DNA of 64,000 nt from a virus (taxonomy: Duplodnaviria; Caudoviricetes). The stretch spans positions 158 through 64,157 of the IMG/VR virus record IMGVR_UViG_3300046787_000138, one strand, 5' to 3'. Below are positions 1-9,456 of the stretch, one piece after another (position 1 is the first letter of the stretch; the number at the start of each line of letters is the position of its first letter). The notes beneath the pieces are model-generated. The model saw only the letters and a list, made by a program, of their open reading frames with translations, did no database searches and was not told the origin of the DNA. Made by a program: the position numbers and the translations under genes.

Positions 1-385
1 ATTCCTCCACTAAGCGCAAATCTAATGGGCGAGCCTTTGAACCCGCGCCATCCGTTGCCGCCTCCTCCTCCGCAACTACACCGAACAGAGCGCGGGCGAT
101 AGCGTCAGCCTTTGCGTACTGCTTAACCATTTTCCATGCGTTCGATGGGTTGGAATAACCGATTGACTTAAGCCCTTCGTAATACGCCTTCTTTTCACCC
201 GCGATAGCTTCGGACAATTTGCCGCCGTTGCCTTCGAGTTCAAACCATGCACAATCGGCGATGTCATTTATTCCAGCCGCATACGCGCGGCGCGCGCCGT
301 AGTTACTAACCTCCGATTCGATAGCCGCGACACGCAGAGCGGCGATAGCAGAGAATGTCGTGGGGGTCGTGATGTTGATTGTCAT
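1..385 (-). CDS. Early hypothetical protein, N-terminal 128 aa, running off the left edge (not in ORF track)
   Basis: ATG at 385 with upstream AAGGA; manually translated open frame MTINITTPTTFSAIAALRVAAIESEV...LDLRLVEE to position 1. Confidence 0.8.
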   Translation of the reverse strand, partial: MTINITTPTTFSAIAALRVAAIESEVSNYGARRAYAAGINDIADCAWFELEGNGGKLSEAIAGEKKAYYEGLKSIGYSNPSNAWKMVKQYAKADAIARALFGVVAEEEAATDGAGSKARPLDLRLVEE

Positions 386-402
386 AATATTTCCTTGAGT
401 TA

Positions 403-417
403 CCTAACATTGTTAGG
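403..417. repeat. Palindrome CCTAACATTGTTAGG (dispersed motif copy)
   Basis: Direct reading; another copy at 526-538. Confidence 0.95.
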
Positions 418-453
418 GGTTATGAATAGGGCTTATTCCCTTTTCATGTTCTC

Positions 454-483
454 AGTATATCAAATTGTGATACAAAATAGCAA
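454..483 (-). promoter_or_regulatory. Putative sigma70 promoter for leftward early gene
   Basis: TTGCTA-18 bp-TATACT with TGn extended -10 on - strand. Confidence 0.55.
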
Positions 484-720
484 GCCCTTGGGGGAAAATT
501 TAATGGGGGGAATGGAAAGAAAAACCTAACATTGTTAGACCCACTACACCGCCACCCACCCAAATGGACAGAAGGGGAGGTATGGTTCCCATACACTGGG
601 TTGCGCTCAAACAATGTTGCGTTTTTAAAAATGGGGGGTACCCCTATATATTTTGTATCACAATGTTACCCCACCCCCTCTATATAGAAAACCCCCCGGG
701 TAGGAGTCCCAGAAAATTTT

Positions 721-750
721 TTGACCCCCATATATTTTTTGTTGTATAGT
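721..750 (+). promoter_or_regulatory. Putative sigma70 promoter for tRNA/terminase transcript
   Basis: TTGACC-18 bp-TATAGT, 12 bp upstream of tRNA. Confidence 0.6.
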
Positions 751-762
751 CGGCCCCGTTGT

Positions 763-838
763 TCCCTGATAGCTCAGCCGGTAGAGCACACGACTGTTAA
801 TCGTGTTGTCGGTGGTTCGAGCCCACCTCGGGGAGCCA
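763..838 (+). tRNA. tRNA-Asn(GTT)
   Basis: Cloverleaf: acceptor TCCCTGA/TCGGGGA, D-arm GCTC/GAGC, anticodon stem CACGA/TCGTG with loop CTGTTAA, T-loop GTTCGAGC, encoded CCA. Confidence 0.97.
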
Positions 839-997
839 ACAACAAAGTGAATTGGTCGTGTGGCGTTTTGCCCATAGCACTAAGTGCCCGCAGTTCTCTT
901 TGTTGTTGGAGTTCGGAGTTCAATTTTTTAAACCACTATTGAGCTACAGGCCCGGACATCCAACAACCCTTCCCGTTAACCCGGTGCAACACAATTT

Positions 998-1681
998 ATG
1001 ATTGAACTCCAGCCTAGCGCAGACAAACCTCTGCCCTTTGACTTGTCCGATGAGCAACCCAAGACTCATGCGGATAGCATTGCTATTGCTGCTAACACCG
1101 TAGACCTAGTGGAACGTCTCGGCGGGTCCCTAGATTTCGACGCAAAAGACTTCCAAGCTGCTGCTGCACTGGCCACGGGCAAAACAAAACCCAACGTCCC
1201 AACCACCGTCTCCAAAACAGGAACGGCCAAAGTCCTCTCCGTTGCAATCAAGGAATACGACTTCCAAGCATTTGCAGATGTGCAGCAGGCGCGCAATTTC
1301 GTAACAAACAAACTCGTGGCCATGGCCGACTGCGGCGATCCAAAACTAGAATTAAAAGCCCTCGAACTTTTGGGCAAGCACAGCGACATCGGACTTTTCA
1401 CAGAACGCAGTGAGATCACAGTCCACCACACCTCTAGCTCTTCTCTAGAAGCCTCAATCAAGGAACGTGTAAAGCGCCTGATGAACGCAGAGATTACAGA
1501 CGTGATTCCGTTCGACGACCTCGACGCGCATCTTGGCCCAGTCGGGGAAGGTACGTTTGAAGAAGCCCCGGGAAAGTTGATTACTACTGATACTGAAGAA
1601 GATGTAGAAGATGTCTCGCCGGGTATAGACGTCGAAGAATCCAAAACGTCAGGCTCAAAAGGTAAGAAAACCAAAAAATGA
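998..1681 (+). CDS. Putative terminase small subunit
   Basis: Directly upstream of and overlapping (ATGA) TerL; ELKALELLGK motif typical of TerS-like proteins. Confidence 0.65.
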   Translation: MIELQPSADKPLPFDLSDEQPKTHADSIAIAANTVDLVERLGGSLDFDAKDFQAAAALATGKTKPNVPTTVSKTGTAKVLSVAIKEYDFQAFADVQQARNFVTNKLVAMADCGDPKLELKALELLGKHSDIGLFTERSEITVHHTSSSSLEASIKERVKRLMNAEITDVIPFDDLDAHLGPVGEGTFEEAPGKLITTDTEEDVEDVSPGIDVEESKTSGSKGKKTKK

Positions 1682-3204
1682 GCCTAAACATCGACAACAT
1701 GTCCCTTGCGGATGTCCTGAAAGTCCTCCCGAGTCTCTCGGAGTCGGACCAGCGGGTGTTGGAGGCTCAGCTTGCGAAGCTCGAAGAGCTCAAGAGCAGG
1801 GAGTTGATGCAGGACAAGTTCATCAAGTTCGTGGAAACGGTCTGGCCGACGTTCATTGCCGGTCGACACCACAAGCGGATGGCCGAAGCGTTCGAGAGAG
1901 TGGCGCGCGGTGAGTGCAAACGGCTGATTATCAACATGCCGCCACGTCATACGAAGTCAGAATTCGCGTCTTACCTGCTCCCAGCTTGGTTTTTGGGCAA
2001 ATTTCCGAACAAAAAGGTCATTCAGACCTCTCATACAGCCGAATTGGCGGTGGGTTTTGGTCGAAAAGTGCGAAATTTGGTGGATACCGAGCAATACCAC
2101 GACATTTTTCCCGAATTGGGACTGCAATCTGACTCAAAAGCGGCTGGCCGGTGGAACACATCCAAGGGCGGTGACTATTTTGCGATCGGTGTGGGCGGTG
2201 CGGTGACCGGTAAGGGTGCCGACTTGCTCATTATTGACGACCCGCACTCAGAACAAGAGGCTGCGATGGCAGCTACCAACCCCGAAGTCTATGACAAGGT
2301 GTATGAGTGGTACACGTCAGGTCCGCGTCAGCGTCTGCAACCGGGTGGGGCGATCGTAATCGTGATGACGCGCTGGGCTCAGCGTGACTTAACAGGACAG
2401 GTGCTGAAAAATGCGCAACTACGTGGTGAAACTGACTGGGAAGTTATCGAATTTCCAGCGATCCTACCAAGCGGGAATCCGCTCTGGCCGGAGTTTTGGA
2501 GTATGGCTGAATTGGCTGCGCTTCGTGAGGAACTCCCAAACAGCAAGTGGCAGGCACAGTATCAACAGAACCCGGTGGGCAACGAAAGCGCTATTGTCAA
2601 GCGTGATTGGTGGCAGTGGTGGGAAGAAGATGAGCCGCCCCAGTGCGAGTACATCCTCCAGACTTGGGACACTGCGTTCGAGAAACACCAACGCGCCGAC
2701 TATTCTGCGGGCACAACTTGGGGCATATTCACACACCATAAGGACCAGTCGAAGAACATCATCCTGCTGAACACATATAAGAAGCGTGTGGAGTGGGTGG
2801 ACTTGAAGCGCGACGTGCTCAAGGAGTACAACATGTTTGAGCCAGATGGTCTGTTGATCGAGAAGAAGGCGACCGGCGCGCCGCTGATCTATGAGTTGAG
2901 GGCGATGGGTATCCCAGTGATGGAGTACACCCCGTCGAAAGGGCAAGACAAAATTGCCCGTTTGAACTCAGTCTCGGACATAATTGCGTCTGGGAAAGTT
3001 TGGGTTCCCAAGACTCGTTGGGCTGAAGAGCTCGTGGACGAGATTGCGGCGTTCCCATCAGGCGAACACGATGACTTGGTTGACGCGACGACACTTGCCT
3101 TAATGCGTTTCCGCGCAGGTGGGTTCTTACGTTTGCCGTCAGACGAGCCCGAGGATATTCAATGGTTCCGAAGCCGCAACAAAGAGCGGTACTACACAGT
3201 GTAA
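1678..3204 (+). CDS. terL: Terminase large subunit
   Basis: Walker A-like MPPRHTKS, Walker B LLIIDDP, nuclease acidic motifs WDTA and HDDLVDA. Confidence 0.95.
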   Translation: MSLNIDNMSLADVLKVLPSLSESDQRVLEAQLAKLEELKSRELMQDKFIKFVETVWPTFIAGRHHKRMAEAFERVARGECKRLIINMPPRHTKSEFASYLLPAWFLGKFPNKKVIQTSHTAELAVGFGRKVRNLVDTEQYHDIFPELGLQSDSKAAGRWNTSKGGDYFAIGVGGAVTGKGADLLIIDDPHSEQEAAMAATNPEVYDKVYEWYTSGPRQRLQPGGAIVIVMTRWAQRDLTGQVLKNAQLRGETDWEVIEFPAILPSGNPLWPEFWSMAELAALREELPNSKWQAQYQQNPVGNESAIVKRDWWQWWEEDEPPQCEYILQTWDTAFEKHQRADYSAGTTWGIFTHHKDQSKNIILLNTYKKRVEWVDLKRDVLKEYNMFEPDGLLIEKKATGAPLIYELRAMGIPVMEYTPSKGQDKIARLNSVSDIIASGKVWVPKTRWAEELVDEIAAFPSGEHDDLVDATTLALMRFRAGGFLRLPSDEPEDIQWFRSRNKERYYTV

Positions 3205-3213
3205 GGACACAAG

Positions 3214-5670
3214 ATGGAAAAAGGTTTATACGCAGCGCCCATGGGCCTATCTGATTTGGCCGACCAGCCAGACTTAGAAATCGAGTTGGAGCTCGAACCC
3301 GGCGAAGACGGTGAGCACCTAGACGCAGAGACCGAAGGCACTGCCGACGACTTTGACGCCAACCTCGCAGAGTTCATGGACGACAGTGTGCTCAGCGCGC
3401 TGGGTATGGACTTGGTTGAAGACTTCGACAAAGACGTGGGTGACCGCCGCGACTGGATTCAGACGTATGTGGACGGCATCAAGCTGTTGGGCCTGAAGTA
3501 CGAAGACCGTACCGAGCCATGGCAAGGTGCTTGCGGTGTGTTCCACCCCATGCTCACCGAGAGCGTTGTTCGCTTCCAGTCCGAGTCAATGATGGAGACG
3601 TTCCCAGCTATGGGACCCGTGAAGACTCAGATCGTTGGAGCTATTGACGTACTCCGAGAAGAAGCCGCCGCGCGCGTCCGTGAGGACATGAACTACCAGC
3701 TCACCGAGGTGATGACTGAGTACCGCAGCGAGCACGAGAAGATGTTGTGGTCTCTGCCCTTGGCAGGTTCCGCGTTCAAGAAGGTGTACTACGACCCAGC
3801 AAAAGGTCGCCAAGTAGCTACGTTCATTCCCGCTGAAGACATCGTCGTCCCATACGGCGCATCTAATATTGAAGACTCAGAGCGCGTTACTCATGTGATG
3901 CGTAAGACTGAGAACGAGCTGAAAAAACTCCAGCACGCAGGTTTCTATCTTGACTGTGACTTGGGCGACCCAGTGGTTGAGTTGGACGACATCGAGAAGC
4001 AGAAGGCTGAAGAGAATGGCATGTCTGCTATTCAGGACGACCGCTACCGCCTGTTGGAGATGCACGTCATGTTGGACCTCGAAGGTTTCGAGGACATGGA
4101 GGATGGCGAGGAGACCGGTATTGCTCTGCCTTACGTGGTGACTATTGAGAAGGGCACGCGTAAAATCTTGGCCATCCGCAGAAATTGGTACGAAGATGAT
4201 CCGCTCAAACTCAAGCGCCAGCACTTTGTGCATTACCAATACATTCCGGGGTTCGGTTTTTACGGCTACGGACTCATTCACCTCATCGGCGGTTATGCAA
4301 AGAGCGCGACCATGCTCATTCGTCAGCTCGTCGATGCTGGTACCTTGTCCAACCTCCCGGGGGGTCTCAAGTCTCGCGGCTTGCGAATTAAAGGCGATGA
4401 CACGCCAATCCAACCGGGCGAGTTCCGCGACGTAGACGTGCCAAGCGGTTCGATCCGCGACAACATTCTGCCTCTGCCATACAAGGAGCCATCACAGGTT
4501 CTGTTTGCTTTGTTCAACCAGATCGTCCAAGAAGGCCGTTCGTTCGCGTCTTCTGGTGATATGAGTGTGAGCGACATGAGCAGCCAAGCCCCAGTTGGCA
4601 CGACTCTTGCTTTGTTGGAGCGTACGTTGAAGGTGATGAGCGCGGTTCAGGCCCGCCTGCACTATGCGATGAAGCAGGAATTCAAACTGCTCAAGGTCAT
4701 CATTGCCGACTACACACCGGAAGAATACGCGTATGAACCAGAAGAAGGCAATCGCGCAGTCAAGAAAGCCGACTATGACATGGTTGATGTCATCCCTGTC
4801 TCCGACCCCAACGCAGCAACCATGGCTCAAAAAGTCGTGCAGTACCAAGCAGTGTTGCAGTTGGCCCAAAGTGCACCGCAGTTGTATAACTTGCCCCTTC
4901 TTCACCGCCAGATGATCGAGGTGTTGGGTGTGAAGAACGCCAACAAGTTGGTGCCAGTCGAGGATGACCAGACTCCGACCGACCCAGTGCAGGAGAACCA
5001 GAACTTGTTGACCGGCAAGCCCGTGAAAGCGTTCATGGAGCAGAACCACCAAGCTCACTTGGGTGTGCACATGGCAGCGATGCAGGACCCCAAGATCATG
5101 CAGATCGTTGGTCAGAACCCACAGGCGCAGGCTATCCAAGCCGCGATGATGGCTCACATCAACGAGCACGTCGCGTTTGAATACCGCAAGCAGATCGAGA
5201 TGCAGATGGGTATGGTCTTGCCAAGCGAAGAGAACCAGAAGCACCTGACTACAGAGCAAGCCGACCAGATTGCGATGATGGCAGCTCAAGCTTCGCAGCA
5301 GCTTCTCCAGCAGAACAAGCAGGAAGCCGCACAACAACAAGCCGCGCAGCAGATGCAGGACCCTGTTGTGCAAATGCAACAGCAAGAACTCCAGATCAAG
5401 ATGCAAGAGTTGCAGCTCAAAGCCCAGAAGCAGTCACTCGATGCAGCGGCCAAAGCCGACCAGCTGGAGATCGAGAAAGCTCGCATCATGGCCCAGAAAG
5501 AGATCGCCGCTATGCAGGTTGGAGCTACAGCCGCCGCTGCCAAGGACAAGCTCAACAAGATGCAAGAGCTTGAAGGTACACGCATGGGCATCGACGCTGC
5601 CAAACACCGCGCTCAGATGGCTATGCAGAAAGCTTCACAAAACCGCGCGCCGCGCGACAAGAAGGAGTAA
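3214..5670 (+). CDS. Portal protein (P22-like, long Q-rich C-terminal coiled coil)
   Basis: 818 aa directly after TerL; GSAFKKVYYD and GFYGYG motifs; helical C-terminal barrel. Confidence 0.85.
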   Translation: MEKGLYAAPMGLSDLADQPDLEIELELEPGEDGEHLDAETEGTADDFDANLAEFMDDSVLSALGMDLVEDFDKDVGDRRDWIQTYVDGIKLLGLKYEDRTEPWQGACGVFHPMLTESVVRFQSESMMETFPAMGPVKTQIVGAIDVLREEAAARVREDMNYQLTEVMTEYRSEHEKMLWSLPLAGSAFKKVYYDPAKGRQVATFIPAEDIVVPYGASNIEDSERVTHVMRKTENELKKLQHAGFYLDCDLGDPVVELDDIEKQKAEENGMSAIQDDRYRLLEMHVMLDLEGFEDMEDGEETGIALPYVVTIEKGTRKILAIRRNWYEDDPLKLKRQHFVHYQYIPGFGFYGYGLIHLIGGYAKSATMLIRQLVDAGTLSNLPGGLKSRGLRIKGDDTPIQPGEFRDVDVPSGSIRDNILPLPYKEPSQVLFALFNQIVQEGRSFASSGDMSVSDMSSQAPVGTTLALLERTLKVMSAVQARLHYAMKQEFKLLKVIIADYTPEEYAYEPEEGNRAVKKADYDMVDVIPVSDPNAATMAQKVVQYQAVLQLAQSAPQLYNLPLLHRQMIEVLGVKNANKLVPVEDDQTPTDPVQENQNLLTGKPVKAFMEQNHQAHLGVHMAAMQDPKIMQIVGQNPQAQAIQAAMMAHINEHVAFEYRKQIEMQMGMVLPSEENQKHLTTEQADQIAMMAAQASQQLLQQNKQEAAQQQAAQQMQDPVVQMQQQELQIKMQELQLKAQKQSLDAAAKADQLEIEKARIMAQKEIAAMQVGATAAAAKDKLNKMQELEGTRMGIDAAKHRAQMAMQKASQNRAPRDKKE

Positions 5671-5673
5671 TAG

Positions 5674-5871
5674 TTGGACAACAGCCGAGTGCTTGCTTAT
5701 ATCGCCAAGGAGATCGACAAACTCCGTGGCGACCAGAATTCCTTCCTCTCAGGAGGAGGTGCCAAAACGTTCGACGAGTATCGTCACGTCTGTGGGGTCA
5801 TCCGAGGTCTGACTCACGCAGAAACCATTGTCAAAGACCTTGTGCAACGAATGGAGCAATCTGATGAGTGA
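5674..5871 (+). CDS. Small hypothetical head-module protein
   Basis: TTG start with AAGGAG RBS; between portal and GroES-like gene. Confidence 0.7.
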   Translation: MDNSRVLAYIAKEIDKLRGDQNSFLSGGGAKTFDEYRHVCGVIRGLTHAETIVKDLVQRMEQSDE

Positions 5872-6277
5872 ACTTAATTTAGCGGGTGCAGTGGACCTGT
5901 CCGGTCTGTTGAACAAACCCGCCGAGGATAAGGCGAAGCAACTGCCTGATCCGAAGCGCTTTCACGTCCTGTGTGTAGTCCCCGAGGCTATGGAGCAGTA
6001 CGCCGATAGCGATGTTGGCATCATCAAATCTAGCCAAGCTATGTACCACGAAGAAGTGCTGACTTCAGTGCTGTTCGTAGTGAAACTTGGCCCTGACGCG
6101 TACAAAGATGAGACTCGTTTCCCATCTGGTCCGTCATGCAAGGAAGGTGACTTCGTCATCGTCCGACCCAATTCAGGCACCCGCCTGAAGATTCATGGCC
6201 GTGAATTCCGCATCATCAACGATGACTCGGTTGAAGCAGTTGTGGAAGACCCCCGTGGTATCACGCGTGCATCATAA
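5864..6277 (+). CDS. groES: GroES-like co-chaperonin
   Basis: VVKLGPDAY...CKEGDFVIV...GTRLKIHGREFRIINDDSVEAVV resembles Cpn10; start moved to ATG 5864 with GGAG RBS. Confidence 0.8.
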   Translation: MSELNLAGAVDLSGLLNKPAEDKAKQLPDPKRFHVLCVVPEAMEQYADSDVGIIKSSQAMYHEEVLTSVLFVVKLGPDAYKDETRFPSGPSCKEGDFVIVRPNSGTRLKIHGREFRIINDDSVEAVVEDPRGITRAS

Positions 6278-6287
6278 GGAGTAGAAC

Positions 6288-7292
6288 ATGCCCGGTTTTA
6301 AAGAAGAAGAGTTCGAGTTTCCTGACGAGAAGGAAGCGCGAGAAGCTAAACAAACTGCTGCTGAAGACGACAAGTTTGAAGTAGAGATTGAAGACGACAC
6401 CCCCGCAGCGGACCGTGGCCGTAAAGCCGCGCCACCCCCTGAAGACCCAACAGAAGACGAGCTAGCCTCGTACGACGAGAAGGTTCAAGCGCGTATCAAG
6501 AAGTTCACCCGTGGCTACCACGATGAGCGCCGCGCCAAGGAAGAAGCTCTGCGTGAGCGTCAGGCCGCTGAAGCCTACGCCAAGCAGGTCTACGAGGAAA
6601 ACAAACGCCTCCAACAGCAGCTTGCCACCGGTAGCCAAGCCTATATTGAGCAGTCAAAGTCGTCTGCTGATATTGAGTTGAGCACCGCCAAGAAAGCCTA
6701 TAAGGACGCCATTGAAGCAGGTGATATTGACGCTCAGGCCGACGCCCAAGCTGATATTGCCCGCGCTATGTTGAAGATCGAGAAGGCTCAGAATATGAAG
6801 CCGATCGAGGTGGAGGAGAAGGACGACTTCAAACCTGCACAGCCCGTTCAAGACGACGAACCCAAGATGAGTCCACGTACTCAAAAATGGGTTAAAGCCA
6901 ACTCTGATTGGTGGGGCGTTGACGAAGAAATGACTATGACTGCTATGGGGCTTGACAAGAAGCTCGCAAAAGAGTATGGTTCAGGCTATGTAGGAAGTGA
7001 AGAGTACTTCCGCACCATCGACAAAACGATGCGCAAACGATTTCCTGAGCACTTTGAAAGTGAACAGAGCCATGAGGATGACGAAACGCCTCCACGAAAG
7101 ACGTCAGAACCGGCTGAAGAGGAAACTCCCCGCCGTGCAACAAAATCCGCTACTGTTGTGGCTCCGGCCTCACGTAGCACCCCGCCTAATCGTATTCGTT
7201 TGAAGGCATCCGAAGCAGCGATCGCTCGCCGTCTTGGGGTTCCAATTGAACAATATGCTAAACAGGTTGCTTTGCTGAAGAGAGGTGAATGA
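6288..7292 (+). CDS. Putative capsid scaffolding protein
   Basis: Acidic, coiled-coil, upstream of capsid genes; C-terminal IARRLGVPIEQYAK helix. Confidence 0.7.
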   Translation: MPGFKEEEFEFPDEKEAREAKQTAAEDDKFEVEIEDDTPAADRGRKAAPPPEDPTEDELASYDEKVQARIKKFTRGYHDERRAKEEALRERQAAEAYAKQVYEENKRLQQQLATGSQAYIEQSKSSADIELSTAKKAYKDAIEAGDIDAQADAQADIARAMLKIEKAQNMKPIEVEEKDDFKPAQPVQDDEPKMSPRTQKWVKANSDWWGVDEEMTMTAMGLDKKLAKEYGSGYVGSEEYFRTIDKTMRKRFPEHFESEQSHEDDETPPRKTSEPAEEETPRRATKSATVVAPASRSTPPNRIRLKASEAAIARRLGVPIEQYAKQVALLKRGE

Positions 7293-7753
7293 TGGAAAAC
7301 GGTACTAAACAAAACCGACTGGATCGTAAATTGGATGACCGCACGGTCGCACAACGCCCAACGGCGTGGCGTCCACCCGAGACTCTGCCTAGCCCTGATG
7401 CCCGCCCCGGCTGGACTCATCGCTGGATTCGTACCAGTACTGTTGGTGTCGCTGACCCATCAAATATTTCTTCGAAGCTTCGCGAAGGTTACGAGCCCTG
7501 CAAAGCAGAGGAGTACCCTGAGCTCATGATGCACGCTACTACCGAAGGTCGCTTTAAAGGCAACATTGAGGTGGGTGGTTTGTTGCTCTGCCGCATCCCG
7601 TCTGAGTTCTTGGAACAACGAGCAGCGTATTACGCTAATCAGAACAAGTCTCAAATGGAGTCCGTGGACAACAATTTCCTTCGAGAAAGTGATCCTCGTA
7701 TGCCCTTGTTCTCGGACAAGAAGTCGAAGGTTACTTTCGGTTCTGGTTCTTAA
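7289..7753 (+). CDS. Head-module hypothetical protein
   Basis: 154-aa ORF translationally coupled to scaffold. Confidence 0.75.
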   Translation: MMENGTKQNRLDRKLDDRTVAQRPTAWRPPETLPSPDARPGWTHRWIRTSTVGVADPSNISSKLREGYEPCKAEEYPELMMHATTEGRFKGNIEVGGLLLCRIPSEFLEQRAAYYANQNKSQMESVDNNFLRESDPRMPLFSDKKSKVTFGSGS

Positions 7754-7768
7754 ATTTTGGAGTCCTAA

Positions 7769-8365
7769 ATGGCATACCCTACCGTTTCGGCACCTTATGG
7801 CCTGAAGCCTATCAATTCACTTGATGGCAAGCCATACGCTGGTGCTATTCGTCAGATTCCCGTCGCTACCGGTTTTGCAACCGCAGTTTTCACTGGTGAC
7901 ACAGTGTTGATTGGCAGCGATGGCTATCTCGTTAAATCAACTACTACAAACAGCGGTGCAATCGTTGGCGTTGTGGTTGGTGGTCAATACACTAACTCTT
8001 CGGGCCAATTGGTTCAGGGTCAGTACATCCCCGCTTTGGCAGCTACAGCAGCTAACCCTGCCGTTGCCTACGTTGTGGATGACCAACAAGCTTTGTTCAA
8101 AGTGGCCGTTGTTACCTCTGGTACAACTATGGGCACTGCGAGCCGCGCTGATGTCGGTTCTAACGTGGCTTTGGTGTTGAACGCAGGTTCTACCACTACC
8201 GGTGACTCAGCTTTTGCTGTGACATTGACTGGTGCTGGCACTACTGCAACCATCCCATTGCGCGTCATCGACGTGGTCCCTGAGACTGCCACTTCTGCTG
8301 GTGTTTACACCGAGTTGCTGGTGAAGATCAACACTCACCAATACAACAACACCACTGGTGTTTAA
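7769..8365 (+). CDS. Putative minor capsid/decoration protein
   Basis: Beta-rich Gly/Thr/Val ORF immediately before MCP; GGAG RBS. Confidence 0.6.
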   Translation: MAYPTVSAPYGLKPINSLDGKPYAGAIRQIPVATGFATAVFTGDTVLIGSDGYLVKSTTTNSGAIVGVVVGGQYTNSSGQLVQGQYIPALAATAANPAVAYVVDDQQALFKVAVVTSGTTMGTASRADVGSNVALVLNAGSTTTGDSAFAVTLTGAGTTATIPLRVIDVVPETATSAGVYTELLVKINTHQYNNTTGV

Positions 8366-8378
8366 GGAGTAAATTACC

Positions 8379-9311
8379 ATGGCTATTTCACGCGCACAGT
8401 TACTTAAAGAACTGCTCCCAGGCTTGAACGCTTTGTTCGGCATGGAATATGCTCGCTACGGTGAGCAACACAAAGAGATTTACGAAACCGAAACTTCTGA
8501 GCGTAGCTTTGAAGAAGAAGTGAAGTTGTCTGGCTTCTCCGCTGCTCCAGTGAAGAACGAAGGCTCTGCAATCTCTTACGACAATGCACAAGAAGCATGG
8601 TCGACTCGCTACAACCACGAGACTATCGCTCTGGGCTTCTCCATCACTGAAGAAGCTGTGGAAGATAACTTGTATGACAGCTTGTCTGCTCGCTACACCA
8701 AGTCTTTGGCTCGCGCCATGGCTTACACCAAGCAAGTTAAAGCCGCAGCCGTGTTGAACAACGGCTTCAACGGTGGCTACTTGGGTGGTGACGGTGTGTC
8801 ATTGTTTGGTTACAACAGCTCTAGCGCTTTGGTTAACCATCCTTTGATCTCTGGTGGCACTAACAGCAACACTCCAGCTACTCAAGCTGACTTGAACGAG
8901 ACTTCTTTGGAAGCCGCCGTGATTCAAATCGCTGCTTGGACTGATGAACGTGGTCTGTTGATCGCTGCTAAGCCAAAGAAAATGGTTGTGCCTCCAAGCC
9001 TCCAGTTCGTTGCTACTCGTTTGTTGGAAACTAACCTCCGCGTTGGTACAGCTGACAACGACATCAACGCGATCAAGAACAACGGTTCTGTGCCAGAAGG
9101 CTACACCGTTAACAACTTCTTGACCGACAATAACGCTTGGTTCTTGACCACAGACGTGCCTAACGGTTTGAAGCACTTCGTGCGTACTCCGCTGCAAAAC
9201 AGCATGGACGGCGACTTCGACACCGGTAACGTGCGTTACAAGGCCCGCGAGCGTTACAGCTTCGGCTGGTCTGATGCTCTGGGTATCTGGGGGAGCTCTG
9301 GCTCTAACTAA
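8379..9311 (+). CDS. Major capsid protein (Mu gpT-like / HTVC010P-type)
   Basis: MAISRAQLLKELLPGLNALFG N-terminus and DGDFDTGNVRYKARERYSFG C-terminus; strong codon bias; followed by terminator. Confidence 0.9.
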   Translation: MAISRAQLLKELLPGLNALFGMEYARYGEQHKEIYETETSERSFEEEVKLSGFSAAPVKNEGSAISYDNAQEAWSTRYNHETIALGFSITEEAVEDNLYDSLSARYTKSLARAMAYTKQVKAAAVLNNGFNGGYLGGDGVSLFGYNSSSALVNHPLISGGTNSNTPATQADLNETSLEAAVIQIAAWTDERGLLIAAKPKKMVVPPSLQFVATRLLETNLRVGTADNDINAIKNNGSVPEGYTVNNFLTDNNAWFLTTDVPNGLKHFVRTPLQNSMDGDFDTGNVRYKARERYSFGWSDALGIWGSSGSN

Positions 9312-9319
9312 GCCAACCT

Positions 9320-9349
9320 AAGAAAAGGACCTTCGGGTCCTTTTCTTTT
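9320..9349 (+). terminator. Rho-independent terminator after MCP (possibly bidirectional)
   Basis: AAGAAAAGGACC-TTCG-GGTCCTTTTCTTTT. Confidence 0.9.
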
Positions 9350-9389
9350 GTCCAAATTGGGTGTATATTCACACCATCCCGGGGTCCCC

Positions 9390-9450
9390 GGTGTATCTGA
9401 CAGTCCCGGCTGACGACATGCAGACAGATACGCCTTATCGCATGTGAGGA
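9390..9450 (+). ncRNA. Structured RNA downstream of capsid gene (possible Mu-gpT-DE-like motif)
   Basis: 10-bp stem 9390-9399/9425-9434, inner hairpin CAGT/GCTG, possible pseudoknot ACATGC/GCATGT next to RBS. Confidence 0.55.
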
Positions 9451-9456
9451 ATCATC

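Noticed and set aside
763-838. tRNA as an attP/prophage boundary
   Set aside because: No integrase, no duplicated tRNA 3' end and no host genes in the window.
721-942. 73-aa ORF in the track
   Set aside because: Overlaps the promoter and tRNA-Asn; spurious.
9410-9450. CTGACGA resembling a hammerhead ribozyme core
   Set aside because: The required GAAA after stem II and the cleavage-site helix are not present.
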